The notes beneath the pieces are model-generated. The model saw nothing but the letters and a program-made list of their open reading frames with translations, was not told the origin of the DNA and made no database searches. The translations under genes and the position numbers were made by a program. From the NCBI GenBank assembly GCA_002269645.1, contig NIVC01000096.1, positions 62,001 through 126,000 of the forward strand: DNA of 64,000 nt. The letters are read 5' to 3'. This DNA comes from Macrostomum lignano. Taxonomy: Eukaryota. The number at the start of each line of letters is the position of its first letter. Positions within the stretch are counted from its first letter, which is position 1. This document shows positions 1 to 25,480 of this stretch, piece by piece.

Positions 1-981
1 TGGTCTAACCTTTGTATCAACCATCAACAGTACCAGATTGCAGTGACTAATCTCAAGGTCATAGAGGTCAGTTGATGGCTAAAATTAGCAGGAAGTACAA
101 TATTTGCAGGTGCTTAAGGTCGTCCAGCCATGATTTGCAATTGCATTAAAAATGACAAAAATCGGGTCAAAATAATTTAATACAGGAAACTAAGACATTG
201 CCATATAGGCCCTACATGTATGATATATGCCAGACTTTGGTTAAGGTACTTTATAAAACCTTGATCAATGCTAAATGAATGTATTTTTTGTTTAAGCATT
301 CAATTGAAACAAGAGCTTAAAGTGAAAACTAGAAAAAGTAAAAAAGTTAATAAGTAGACCCCCTTACCCCAAGTATTTATCATATATTATTGTTTCTAAA
401 GTTGATTTCCATCAATTTTTATTTCAATTTTTATTTAGTAAAGTAGAAATTTTTTATTCTAATATTGAGAACATTTTTGCTATAGTTGAAAATTTATCTT
501 ATTATTGATTTTCATCTTTTATAGAGGCCTAAAAGAAAAAGATAATAGTTGCAACATGAAATAATTAAAAACAAAAATAAAGCCACGTCTTGACCTTGGC
601 TTAAGAACTTTTAATTAGAAAAATGAAGTATTAAAATTTATGTCAGGTTTAATAGAATAGCCTAAGCCTAATTGAATATATGTTATGGTATAGAATGCTT
701 TTGGCAATATGCTCTTTTGGATTGCCTACTATTAGGCCCCTATGTTTTCTAAGCTAGGCCTAACCCAAGCTGAACTATATATCTCTCACTCCAAAATGCA
801 TCTATTGATATTAAAATTTCAGTTCATAGAAAACAAAAAAAATTACAAAAATATTTTGAAAAATGTAAATATTAAAGCAAATTGTTTTCTTAGAAATGTA
901 GATTTTAAAATGGCATAGAAAGTTTAATTTTTGTATACAAATTAAGAATAAAAGGAGGCCTTTGACAATAATAATATAAAG

Positions 982-1710
982 GGTATCCCAAAAGTTCCCA
1001 GAATCTTTGCTCTAGCTCCTCAGTACATTGACCATTTTTATGTTTTATATGTCAAATTAAAGATAATGTGTCAACAAAAAGTTGTCATTTGAATTTCCTT
1101 TCTATCTGGTTTTGGTTAAGAGTTACACTAGAAAATGTGAAGAAAGGTGAGTACTAATATTATACTACAACCTCAAATGTCTATGGTGTCCTTTTTCCAT
1201 TATCAATTTTTTGCAAAAGTGAACTTTGAATTTGTCAGAAAGATGTGGAAATGTCTATGGATCAAACCAGTGAAATTGCTGATCAGATCTGGTATGGTAC
1301 CAGCACTTTGCTTATTCCATACCAAGTGCTTGCTTTTTAAATTTAAACCTTTAGCCAAAAGCAAGCACTTGGTATAGAGTAAGCAAGTGCTGGTACTACA
1401 CCAGATCTGATCAGCAATTTCACTGGTTTGATCCATAGACATTTCCACATCTTTCTGACAAATTCAAAGTTCACTTTTGCAAAACAATTCATAATAGAAA
1501 AAGGACCACCATAGGCATTTGAGGTTGTACAACATTAGTGCTGACCTTCATTTGCATTTCCTGTGTAACTCTTGACCAAAACCAGATAGAAAAGAAATTC
1601 AAATGACAATTTTTTGTTAAAAATAATCTTTTGTTTGACATGTAAGACAAAAATTGGTCAAGGTACTGAAGAGCTAGAGCAAACATTCTGGGAACTTTTG
1701 GGACACCCCT
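982..1710. mobile_element. ~730-bp foldback / long inverted repeat (MITE- or FB-like)
   Basis: 982-1337 is the reverse complement of ~1357-1710. The inner arms (ttttgcaaaagtgaactttgaatttgtcagaaagatgtggaaatgtctatggatcaaaccagtgaaattgctgatcagatctgg...) are near-perfect; the outer arms are more diverged. The loop is ~20 nt. No coding capacity; no TSD identified. Confidence 0.8.
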
Positions 1711-1814
1711 CATGGATTACATTTGCCTTTATAGGCAAATATACAACTAGCAGCTCAGCTAGAGACCTAACTATTGTTTGATAAATCTAAAAACTGCTAA
1801 TAGCTGGCTGTTGT

Positions 1815-1915
1815 ATTGAAACAGATACCCTTCAATTACCCCAGCTAATGCTAGCACCCGCTAGGTAAACAAAAGCAATTTAGAGTAAAGCATCTTGCTT
1901 GAGGACACTATAGGC
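1815..1915 (-). mobile_element. SINE fragment (central domain only), same family as 25300-25480 and 62520-62820
   Basis: Shares tcaattaccccagctaatgct(a/g)gcaccc...gg(g/t)(g/a)aac...aagcaat with the other two copies. Confidence 0.6.
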
Positions 1916-2296
1916 ATAGGGTCATTTCAAAAAATGGGGGGGAATACACATTGTCATGTATATATAAATGATATACATAAACATGCACTTTAGTTGTCTG
2001 CACCACTATTCAAAATTTTCTGGATCTATAACTAGTCAGGTTTTCATAAAAATGCTACTTAGAAAAGTTGGAAATTCAAAGTTATTTATCAAAAAGTAGT
2101 GCCTACTTATAATTTATGTATAACTTTTTGTTTATATAAGTAGCATTCTAAAGGGCATATTTGTTAAAATGTTAGGAATTTTCGTTTTTAAATTGCAAAA
2201 TGTAAATTACAATTGCAAATAAAAAGAGAGTAATTAAAAGTAAGAGTGAGACTTTCATAAAAAATTCCAATTCAATCCCTATAATTGTTTTGTCAG

Positions 2297-2808
2297 ACCG
2301 CGGCAGCAGGCATTCACGCAGTCGTAGCCGTGAACGCGACCGCGACAGAGACCGTGAACGCGATCGTGACCGTGATAGGCATCGTGATCGTGACCGTGAA
2401 CGCGATCGCGATCGGACGCGCGACCGTGACCGTGAACGCGACCGTGAGCGGGAACGCGAACGCGAACGTGACCGTGAACGCGAACGTGACAGGCATCAGC
2501 AAGCTGCAGTCGCTGCATCTTCATCTGGAGGCGGCGGTAGCGGCAGCCTCTTTGGCGGCTCTGCCCCAGCCGGGCCCGTGTTCGCCCAGCCGGAGCCGCG
2601 GCCAATGCGCGAGGAGGACATCACCGGCCGGACAGAGGAAGAGATCGGCATGATGCAGCTCATGGGATTCTGCGGATTTGGCACTACTAAAGGTAAAAAA
2701 GTTGATAATAACGACATCTACGTGGCCCATATTGCTAAGAAGAGAAAGTACAGGCAGTATATGAACAGGCGTGGTGGCTTCAACCGGCCTCTGGATCCGG
2801 TGAACTGA
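2297..2808 (+). CDS. SNRNP27: U4/U6.U5 tri-snRNP 27 kDa protein, terminal coding exon (start exon not found in the window)
   Basis: RS/RD-rich N-terminal part followed by the family motif [31 protein letters not shown]...[19 protein letters not shown]. Acceptor ttgttttgtcag| at 2296 (phase 1). There is no in-frame ATG before the RS region, so an upstream exon is required. Confidence 0.92.
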
Positions 2809-2994
2809 ACCAACTCACTGAATTTAACTATACCTACTAAACTACTGATACTACTGTTAGTAAGTAGCGCGATTATTTCTGGCGATGTTTTTGTAAGTTT
2901 TTATTGTAGTAATATTTCGCGTTTTATTGCTAACAGATATGTAAATTTTTGTTTAAAGATGGCTAATGTAGTTTATAGGGGCTGCAATAGTATA

Positions 2995-3370
2995 ATGGAT
3001 TGCTAATCTAGCTTAAATGCACTATACTAATAGGGTGGATTGCTAATCTAGCCTATAGGCATTATAATAATGCGTGGATTGCTAATCTAGCCTATAGGAA
3101 CTATAATAATAGCGTGGATTGCTAATCTAGCCTATAGGAACTATAATAATAGCGTGGATTGCTAATCTAGCCTATAGGAACTATAATAATAGCGTGGATT
3201 GCTAATCTAGCCTATAGGAATTATAATAATAGCGTGGATTGCTAATCTAGCCTATAGGAATTATAATAATAGCGTGGATAGCTAATCAGCCTATAGGAAC
3301 TATAATAATAGCGTGGATTGCTAATCTAGCCTATAGGAATTATAATAATAGCGTGGATTGCTAATCCAGC
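2995..3370. repeat. 40-bp tandem repeat downstream of SNRNP27
   Basis: Unit gcgtggattgctaatctagcctataggaa(c/t)tataataata, about 9 copies. Confidence 0.95.
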
Positions 3371-3889
3371 TTTAAAATAGATGATACTGTACAACGCTTA
3401 CTTGTATGCCTTCTCAAGTGTAAAGAAATATTGTATAACATTAGACTCTCAATCTTATCGTCTGGTATGTATTATATGTTTTCTGTGAAATTTTGCAGCT
3501 CTAGGCGTTTCTTAACTTGTTACTTGTAGTAGTATGTTCTTGATGTTTTGTTGCTGAAATTTGGTCACTTTATTACTAATAATCTAATCAATACTAAGTG
3601 TTGAATATTATAATAACTTGCTTGCTTGTATATTGTATGTTGCTTAAGGTAAAAAATAGTTGACCTTATAATAAATTTAACTATGCTCAAATATGCTCAT
3701 ATTTGTGTTCGCTGGCTTCTAATCTGATTATTGATAATATATACAGTTGAAGCGTTGTGTATGACACACTTGGCACTCGTCATTCTGTGGACAGATTGGC
3801 TAAATAAAGGTTAATACTCGTAACATCTTACGGCTATATCAATTTTGTTATATTTATTTTGAAGCACATTTTGCTGCACTAGCCACTTT

Positions 3890-4500
3890 CCCAGATTCTC
3901 AGTTGCTGGGCCAGCCTTCCAGATCATCAGTTGCTGTGCCACCAGCCTTCCAGATCCTCAGTTGCTGTGCCACCAGCCTCCCAGATCCTCAGTTGCTAGG
4001 CCAGCCCCCAGATCCTCAGTTGCTAGGCCAGCCCCCCAGATCCTCAGTTGCTGGGCCAGCCTCTCAGATCCTCAGTTGCTGTGCCACCAGCCTTCCAGAT
4101 CCTCAGTTGCTGTGCCACCAGCCTCCCAGATCCTCAGTTGCTAGGCCAGCCCCCCAGATCCTCAGTTGCTAGGCCAGCCCCCCAGATCCTCAGTTGCTGG
4201 GCCAGCCTCTCAGATCCTCAGTTGCTGGGCCACCAGCCTCCCGGATCCTCAGTTGCTGGGCCACTAGCCTCCCCGATCCTCAGTTGCTGGGCCAGCCTCT
4301 CAGATCCTCAGTTGCTGGGCCAGCCTCTCAGATCCTCAGTTGCTGGGCCACCAGCCTCCCAGATCCTCAGTTGCTAGGCCAGCCCCCAGATCCTCAGTTG
4401 CTGGGCCAGCCTCCCAGATCCCCAGCTGCTGGGCCACCCTCCCAGATCCTCAGTTGCTAGGCCAGCCTCCCAGATCCTCAGTTGCTGGGCCAGCCTCCAA
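3890..4500 (+). repeat. ~27-33-bp minisatellite; an inverted copy lies at 15950-16375
   Basis: Core cagatcctcagttgct(g/a)ggccagcctcc with variant units. Confidence 0.95.
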
Positions 4501-5214
4501 GCTTCACAGCTCCTCAGTGGTTCAGTACGCGCCGCAGTAAACGGCCGTGCGGTATCTTACGCAGTTGTCTGTAAATTAGTCAAATGTTAGTTTTCCTTTT
4601 CGCAGAATAAATTTCTGCAGAAGAAGCAATCTGCAGTTGTTAACTTTAGGCACGCGCAGCCATCGCCCAGCCCAGCACTTGTCGAATGCTCGAAGAGTTT
4701 CTCCCCGCCGTGAATGCCTCAGCAGAAAGGCAGCTCACTAATTTAATACCGTGAAGTGGTGGCTCTTCACGCGCTAGCAAACGTTTTCTAGAATATTTTC
4801 TTTGGCAATTTAGGGCGAAATGTTTACGCTTAGTCAATCCTTCATTATTCTCTATTCGAGTTTGGTCCAGCCGCTGCTCAAAACCTGCCCACAAAGAAGC
4901 GCTGTAGCTGTTCGGCATCGAAGCTGACAGCTGAGCAACTCTCTTTGAGCACGGAGCGCAGCGGAGAAAAGAACAGAGGTTGGTGTTGGACTGTGAAGAG
5001 GGGCTGAGCTAGGGTTGAAGTTTTAATTGGATGGCTGGCTGCTGATACCCTAAGAGGCCGGGGATTTTTTTAGATATAATATCTGGACCTAGATTTAAGT
5101 GTATTATTTTTTTCGATTCGTCCAAAACTGAACAGTCTTGATGTGAATGTGTGAATATGGTAATACTTTGATATCTTCACTATGAACTTGTGAACTTAGG
5201 TTTCACAGGTTTTA

Positions 5215-5540
5215 AAATAGAATAACAACATTATCCGTAACATGCTCTGGAGGTGTGTATCTTTTGGAATTCACGCGAATTGGCATGTGAATAAATAAGC
5301 ATTCACACGAACTGGCATTCACACAAACTAGCATTCACATAAAATAGCATTCCCTGAACTGGCATTCACACAAACTGCGCCGTTCACACAACCTGAAATG
5401 TGCCTGAACTGGCATTCACACGAACTGGAATTCGCACAAACTGGCGCTCACACAAACAGGCATTCACACGAACTGGAATTCGCACAAACTGGCGCTCACA
5501 CAAACTGGCATTCACACGGACTGGCATTCGTACAAATTGC
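5215..5540. repeat. degenerate short tandem repeat
   Basis: Recurring (c/t)tggcattcacac(a/g)aac motif. Confidence 0.75.
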
Positions 5541-6036
5541 CATTTAAGTACTAAAGTTCGAGTACCACCGATAAAGTTCAGTTCACGCGCGCTCTGAAGA
5601 TTCGAAAAGAAGTTTCCAATCCAGAATTCTATTTTGTTTTAGGCATCCATGCATTTATAAAGCTTAGTAGTTGTTAAGGTAAAGCCTTGTGAGACTAACT
5701 GTTCCTTTTACCTTGCCCTCTCGCTCTTCTTCGCCAAAGAATTTTAAGAGCTACCCTATTGCGGTCCCAGCCCTGCTGGAGCAACACCTTAGGTAAAAGG
5801 GGTGGGTGTGTGTCTCTGTGCTCAGTGCTCAGCGCTTCGCTTCTTTATTTGAACAAAATTGCAATTTCTGCATTAACAGCCACGGTACCCATATGCCCTC
5901 ATCGCTTTTATCTGCTTGTTTACGCAATTAGGCAATAAAAAGCGCTATTAACTTTTTAAGGTTGAAAAACACACTGGCTTCCACGGAGAGTAATTTTGTA
6001 ATTTAATACTTTTAGAGAGTTGAAGCACAGTGCAGG

Positions 6037-13416
<7,380 letters not shown>

Positions 13417-14035
13417 GAGGACATTTTTGACGCAATTTCTCAAATAAATCCTGCCTTTTCCTTGCATTTCTACCTATAGTAGGCAAATTCAACAGATTTT
13501 TGAAAAAATAATTGCCGATTTGTTAATACTTTTACTACTAGTAGAATAGTTTGCGCAGTTTTCCAACTGACTTTCGATTCCAGATCTCATGACTCGAGGC
13601 TCAATGGTACGCAAAAAATATTTTTTTGAATAAACTTCCTTTATGAGTCATGCTCTAATCTGTTTGCCTCACACACTTATAATATAAACTTGCTTTGCAG
13701 TGCTTGTTGTGGGTGTTTCGCGTTATTTTGTGTGCATTAACACCTTAGCTCAAAAATTTAACCCACACAGAGGCCTGCTAGATAGATAATACTAGACAAA
13801 AAGCCACGATGATAGAAGTAGAATTATCAGTAGTATGACAGTAGTATTGAAACGACATGTACAATAGTTTTTTGTCTAACTAGTTATAATTGAATAGCGT
13901 TTACCACTTATTTCTAGCTTCTATAAAATGAACAATTAAATTATTTTATTAAACATCGTGACTTCTTGTACTTGCCTCTGGCTTTGAATGCAGTGCTTTA
14001 AATGTTTATTTAACAAATTTCTTTGCCTCTTTTAG

Positions 14036-14613
14036 CAGCAGAAGATGCTGTCAAGCAATTGAACGGTGACTCAACGCTGATGTCCAGCAATGCTAACATT
14101 AAGGTACCTTGGACCCTGTTTGTGCGCCAGCTTTTGCTGTGATGCGTGTTGTGCTGTGTTTAAACATTGCTGCTCTCAGTCTCTACTCTCTCTCTCTCTC
14201 TCTACCATCTCCCTGTGCTCTATCTACTCCTCTCTCATCTCCCTCTGCTCTATCTACTCCTCTCTCATCTCCCTCTGCTCTATCTACTCCTCTCTCATCT
14301 CCCTCTGCTCTATCTACTCCTCTCTCATCTCCCTCTGCTCTATCTACTCCTCTCTCATCTCCCTCTGCTCTATCTACTCCTCTCTCAGCTCCCTCTGCTC
14401 TATCTACTCCTCTCTCATCTCCCTCTGCTCTATCTACTCCTCTCTCATCTCCCTCTGCTCTATCTACTCCTCTCTCAGCTCCCTCTGCTCTATCTACTCC
14501 TCTCTCATCTCCCTCTGCTCTATCTACTCTTTCATCTCCCTCTGCTCTATCTACTCCTCTCTTAGCTCCCTGAGCTCTATCTACTCTCTCTCATCTCATC
14601 TCCCGGTGCTCTA

Positions 14614-14699
<86 letters not shown>

Positions 14700-15593
14700 T
14701 GGATTAAGTTCACTTAATTGTTGAATCCAGTAGTAAATATTACAGACCAATGTACTATTAGATATCCCTATTGACCTGGTTTAATCGCATACTTCCGTGC
14801 ACTGAAATAGAATAGAATGTTAACTTGCACGCAGCTGCAATGCACCACTTCATACTGTAAGTAGTAACCTAATCAAACTTACGCGCAATTACCAGTTCCC
14901 ATACTCCGTGTACCACAAGCCATACACTCAGCAGAAGCAGACGGCGGCAGGCGCTCCACCCTGCGCCACAGCCAGCCGACCCGGCCGCAGCTGCTGCACC
15001 CTGGAGCAGTACACCGAGCTCAGAGCTCGTCTCCAACAGTCGGAGCTGCAGCTGGCCAGACTGCGCCGCCGACTAAACCGGAGGGCGCCGCCACCGCAGG
15101 CAGCGGCAGGCGGCAGCAGCTCCCGTCACTGCTAGACTCGCCCGAGCACCATCGCAGCAGCCAGATGTGGCGATCGGCAGCTGCCAGCGCAGCAGAGTCC
15201 GCCCTGACCCCCGCCGAACGCCGCGAGAACACTGCTGCAGTGCTCAAAGAGATTCTCAGCAACCAGACCCTGCCGGAGGATGTGAAAGCGACTCTGATGG
15301 ATCTGCAGAAGATGAGCAATGTGCTGCCGGACCTGGATAGTCGGCAGTTTGGCTCGGGCAGGGCTAAGAAGGCAGCGCCAAGAGGTACTGTGGGCCTGGG
15401 CGGAGTCTGCTACAGGTGCAGGAGGCACCACCTGGCTTCCAGTCTCACGTGACTTGCACTAGCTTGTAGTTGATATTGTACATCAGGGATTTCAATATAC
15501 TGAATCAATGTTTCATCAATACACCTCTTATTCATTATAGCTCTGCAAGTGTACCTTGAAGAGGCAGCTTCAGCGGTACACGATCGAAAGTAG
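14036..15593 (+). CDS. Unresolved coding region: separate small gene or 3' extension of the CNBD gene
   Basis: Candidate exons 14036-14102 (..MSSNANIK|gtacct), 14896-15384 and 15541-15593. Donor AGAG|gtactg joins in phase to tatag|CTCTG, giving ..KKAAPRALQVYLEEAASAVHDRK*. Two overlapping frames are open in 14896-15135. Confidence 0.5.
14190..14697. repeat. 30-bp CT-rich minisatellite plus (CT)n
   Basis: Unit ctccctctgctctatctactcctctctcat, followed by a (ct)n run. Confidence 0.95.
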
Positions 15594-15949
15594 TCACTGA
15601 AGAACCGTAGTTGCTGGGGCTCCTAGCTCCCTTGTCAATGCCCCACACACCTGGATTTTCAATACCTCTATAACTACAGATGTTTCAGCGCCATGACAAT
15701 ACGAGATAACCTTGCTAGGTAACACTGCAAGCTACTATGGTCATTTGCATGTATAATTCACAATAATAAACTATTTAGCCTAATTGTCAACGCGTACTTT
15801 GTCAGATGCTGCAAGCTTGATTAAAATATACCATTGATCCAATAATTGTTTGAAATTCGAAACTTAACAGTAGATAACGCGTTGTGTCTGTCATTTACAA
15901 ATTATTAATTATCAAACTGTTACTTATAAATACGAAAAGAAATGGGTGG

Positions 15950-16375
15950 CGGTGACACAGCAACTGAGAATTTGGAAGGCTGGCCCAGCAACTGAGGATC
16001 TGGGAGGCTGGCCCGGCAACTGAGGATTTGGAAGGCTGGCCCAGCAACTGAGGATCTGGGAGGCTGGCCCGGCAACTGAGGATTTGGGAGGCTGGCCCAG
16101 CAAGTGAGGATCTGGGAGGCTGGCCCAGCAACTGAGGATTTGGGAGGCTGGCCCAGCAAGTGAGGATCTGGGAGGCTGGCCCAGCAACTGAAGACTGGGA
16201 GGCTGGACCAGCAACTGAAGATCTGGGAGGCTGGACCAGCAACTGAGGATCTGAGAGGCTGGCCCAGCAACTGAGGATCGGGGAGGCTGGTGGCCCAGCA
16301 ACTGAGGATCCGGGAGGCTGGTGGCCCAGCAACTGAGGATCTGAGAGGCTGGCCCAGCAACTGGGGATCTGTAAT
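15950..16375 (-). repeat. Inverted copy of the 3890-4500 minisatellite
   Basis: ggaggctggcccagcaactgaggatctg is the reverse complement of the 3890 unit. Confidence 0.95.
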
Positions 16376-16989
16376 GGCCGGTGTTATAAAATGAAACAAT
16401 TAATCAGTCTTTAGCATAATCTAGGTAACCACAATCGCGTCACTTTGAAAAAAGCTAGCCGCAATTAAATCACAAAAGCATACACTGGCTGGTTTCAATT
16501 TTATTATCTATCTCAAAGACAACTGCAGTCTGGACAAAGCCGGTTGCAAAAAGATCCGCTTAAAGTCAGACTTGACAACTCAAACCAAATTACATAACTA
16601 TAGGGTACTTGAATGATCCAGATTTACTGCTTGTAGAATAAGCTACACAAGGTCAAGAAGCGACAACCGAAGATCAATAGCCGAATATAGCCAAGAGGCA
16701 GCAGTGAAGATCCCGAGGAACTCAAATGGAAAAAATACGCTATAGGGCTTTCACGATAGAAAAGCGAAAACAGACCGAGAATTGATTGAGACTTGTTTGT
16801 CAGATTCAGTATCAGTTCAAATATTATGTTTACTTATACTATACGTTAGGAAAAATTAATAAAACTAACCGCAAATTTGTTATAATTAGTTAAAGACAAT
16901 ACAGAAATATTAGAGAAACATCCTCTCTCAAGAAAAGTAATATCAATAGTGTGGCGCTAGAGTAGGGAAGAAGAAATCCGTGGGAAGAG

Positions 16990-17720
16990 ATGGGAAATGG
17001 GAAGAGAGGGGAAAACACATCGGGGAGAGGGAAAACACAGCGGGGGGCAGAGGGGAAACACAGCGGGGGCAGAGGGGAAAACACAGCGGGGGACAGAGGG
17101 GAAAACACAGCGGGGGCAGAGGGAAAACACAGCGGGGGCAGAGGGGAAAACAGCGGGGGTAGAGGGGAAAACACAGCGGGGGGTAGAGGGAAAACACAGC
17201 GGGGGCAGAGGGGAAAACACAGCGGGGGGCAGAGGGGAAAACACAGCGGGGGACCGAGGGGAAACACAGCGGGGGGCAGAGGGGAAAACACAGCGGGGGG
17301 CAGAGGGGAAAACACAGCGGGGGACAGAGGGGAAAACACAGCGGGGGACCGAGGGGAAACACAGCGGGGGGCAGAGGGGAAAACACAGCGGGGGCAGAGG
17401 GGAAAACACAGCGGGGGACAGAGGGGAAAACACAGCGGGGGCAGAGGGGAAAACACAGCGGGGGGCAGAGGGGAAAACACAGCGGGGGCAGAGGGGAAAA
17501 CACAGCGGGGGGCAGAGGGGAAAACACAGCGGGGGGCAGAGGGGAAAACACAGCGGGGGACAGAGGGGAAAACACAGCGGGGGCAGAGGGGAAAACACAG
17601 CGGGGGCAGAGGGGAAAACACAGCGGGGGCAGAGGGGAAAACACAGCGGGGGGAGGGGAAAACACAGCGGGGGAGGGGAAAACACAGCGGGGGAAGGGGG
17701 AAAACATATCGGGGGAGAGG
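16990..17720. repeat. 23-24-bp G-rich minisatellite between convergent gene 3' ends
   Basis: Unit ggggg(g)cagaggggaaaacacagc. Confidence 0.95.
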
Positions 17721-17823
17721 GGAACACAGTCGAGAATGGCATGGCGCAATAAGTATAAACTCAATCACCGCAGTGGTCCGGGCAGATGTCAGAATTGGAA
17801 GAAAAGTTCACGTAAGCTTGAAA

Positions 17824-22927
<5,104 letters not shown>

Positions 22928-23014
22928 GTTGTGTTGGATTGGTCATGAAAGCAATAGATAATCAGGTTTCCATAAGGGAATACGCGTGATTCTGTTAGAT
23001 TAGATAATGAATGA

Positions 23015-24755
23015 TTCTGTTGGGCTGGAATGTGGGAGATTCTGTGGGTTGGAATGTGGGAGATTCTGTGGGTTGGAATGTGGGAGGTTCTGTGGGTTGG
23101 AATGTGGGAGATTATGTGGGTTGGAATGTGGTTGATTCTGTGGGTTGGAATATGGGAGATTCTGCGGGTTGGAATGTGGGAGGTTCTGTGGGTTGGAATG
23201 TGGGAGATTATGTGGGTTGGAATGTGGTTGATTCTGTGGGTTGGAATATGGGAGATTCTGTGGGTTGGAATATGGGAGGTTCTGTGGGTTGGAATATGGG
23301 AGGTTCTGTGGGTTGGAATGTGGGAGATTATGTGGGTTGGAATGTGGGAGATTCTGTGGGTTGGAATGTGGTTGATTCTGTGGGTTGGAATATGGGAGAT
23401 TCTGTGGGTTGGAATATGGGAGATTCTGTGGGCTGGGATGTGGGAGATTCTGTGGGTTGGAATGTGAGAGATTATGTGGGTTGGAATGTGGTTGATTCTG
23501 TGGGTTGGAATATGGGAGATTCTGTGGGTTGGAATATGGGAGATTCTGTGGGTTGGAATGTGGGAGGTTCTGTGGGTTGGAATGTGGGAGATTATGTGGG
23601 TTGGAATGTGGGAGATTATGTGGGTTGGAATGTGGGAGATTCTGTGGGTTGGAATATGGGAGATTCTGTGGGTTGGAATATGGGAGATTCTGTGGGCTGG
23701 AATGTGGGAGATTCTGTGGGTTGGAATGTGGTTGATTCTGTGGGTTGGAATATGGGCGATTCTGTGGGTTGGAATATGGGAGATTCTGTGGGTTGGAATG
23801 TGGGAGATTATGTGGGTTGGAATGTGGGAGATTATGTGGGTTGGAATGTGGTTGATTCTGTGGGTTGGAATATGGGAGATTCTGTGGGTTGGAATATGGG
23901 AGATTCTGTGGGCTGGGATGTGGGAGATTCTGTGGGTTGGAATGTGGTTGATTCTGTGGGTTTGAATATGGGCGATTCTGTGGGTTGGAATATGGGCGAT
24001 TCTGTGGGTTGGAATGTGGGAGATTATGTGGGTTGGAATGTGGGAGGTTCTGTGGGTTGGAATATGGGAGGTTCTGTGGGTTGGAATGTGGGAGATTATG
24101 TGGGTTGGAATGTGGGAGGTTCTGTGGGTTGGAATATGGGCGATTCTGTGGGTTGGAATATGGGCGATTCTGTGGGTTGAAATGTGGGAGATTCTGTGGG
24201 TTGGAATATGGGAGATTCTGTGGGTTGGAATGTGGGAGATTCAGTGGGTTGGAATGTGGGAGATTATGTGGGTTGGAATGTGGGAGATTCAGTGGGTTGG
24301 AATGTGGGAGATTATGTGGGTTGGAATGTGGGAGATTCTGTGGGCTGGAATGTGGGTCCACTGTGGGTTGGAATGTGGGAGATTCAGTGGGTTGGAATGT
24401 GGGAGATTCTGTGGGTTGGAATATGGGAGATTATGTGGGTTGGAATGTGGGAGATTATGTGGGTTGGAATGTGGGAGATTCTGTGGGCTGGAATGTGGGT
24501 CCACTGTGGGTTGGAATGTGGGAGATTCTGTGGGCTGGAATGTGGGTCCACTGTGGGTTGGAATGTGGGAGATTCAGTGGGTTGGAATGTGGGAGATTCT
24601 GTGGGTTGGAATATGGGAGATTATGTGGGTTGGAATGTGGGAGATTATGTGGGTTGGAATGTGGGAGATTCTGTGGGCTGGAATGTGGGTCCACTGTGGG
24701 TTGGAATATGGGAGATTCTGTGGGCTGGAATGTGGGTCCACTGTGGGTTGGAATA
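23015..24755. repeat. 24-bp minisatellite (~1.7 kb) directly upstream of YARS
   Basis: Unit tgtgggttggaat(g/a)tgggagattc; source of the spurious GWNVGDSV/PHSNPQNL ORFs. Confidence 0.97.
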
Positions 24756-25299
24756 TGAGCCATTAAAGAATTTTGCGCGGGCGTAAAAATTATGAGACAT
24801 GTAAATAGATATGGAGAATGGTAAAAATGATGTATTTGGGTTTACAATATAAGCAACGCATTTTACAGTACAAAATACAATAAACTTAATAACATTCTTA
24901 ATTAGAAACATGAAGACATGTTTAGATTTAAAATCATAAAATCACAACTATAATAATCATGATTATACATCTATATTACCATAATTAATCAAAACATTAT
25001 ATACGAATTAATATAAAACATTATTTAATAAACATTAAAACATTATTAATATGAATTGAAGAGAACAGATTAAAGCATTTTTACTTGGAGTAGAAATGTA
25101 GATATATTAATTAGTAACTTAAAAATATAAAATCTCAGTTAGGAGAGCAAACCAAATTTTTTTAGAAACAATGACTGATTACTGGCCCATAAAAATTTAT
25201 TTTAATTTGTTTTTTTTAACTTGCAGAACGCCATGGTCGATGAATAAATACTTGATATTAATTAACAATAATAAAAAGTGATGACAACAATATAAAAAT

Positions 25300-25480
25300 T
25301 AATTACACCTGCCCTAATGGAGAAGATGTGCAACCGACAGCTCAGCCGCAGCTATTGCACAGCGCATCTGAAGGCTGCGTACGGCTGTTCAGTCCAAGGA
25401 CTGTGGGGTCGCCATACACAGCCTCAATTACCCCAGCTAATGCTGGCACCCGTTTTACAGCTGGGTAAACTAAAGCAATA
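25300..25480 (-). mobile_element. 5'-truncated SINE copy (central domain + 3' tail)
   Basis: gatgtgcaaccgacagctcagccgcagctattgc...gctgcgtacggctgttcagtccaaggac...caattaccccagctaatgctggcaccc is the reverse complement of ~62640-62790. Confidence 0.75.

Noticed and set aside
2279-2730. Alternative-frame and antisense ORFs over SNRNP27 (VTVNA / VHGH repeats)
   Set aside because: By-products of the RD/RE codon repeat; only the 2290 frame carries the family motif
4646-4979. Minus ORF 4646-4918 and a candidate plus exon 4834-4979 upstream of CNBD
   Set aside because: No recognisable domain. Splicing 4979 to 6016 hits stops in the frames tested. At most a 5' non-coding exon.
5700-5800. Possible HDV-like ribozyme (ggtcccagcc...gcaaca, bounded by the ccttttacct/aggtaaaagg stem)
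   Set aside because: I could not build P1/P3/P1.1 pairing or a catalytic-C J4/2 on either strand. An Infernal/RNArobo HDV search would settle it.
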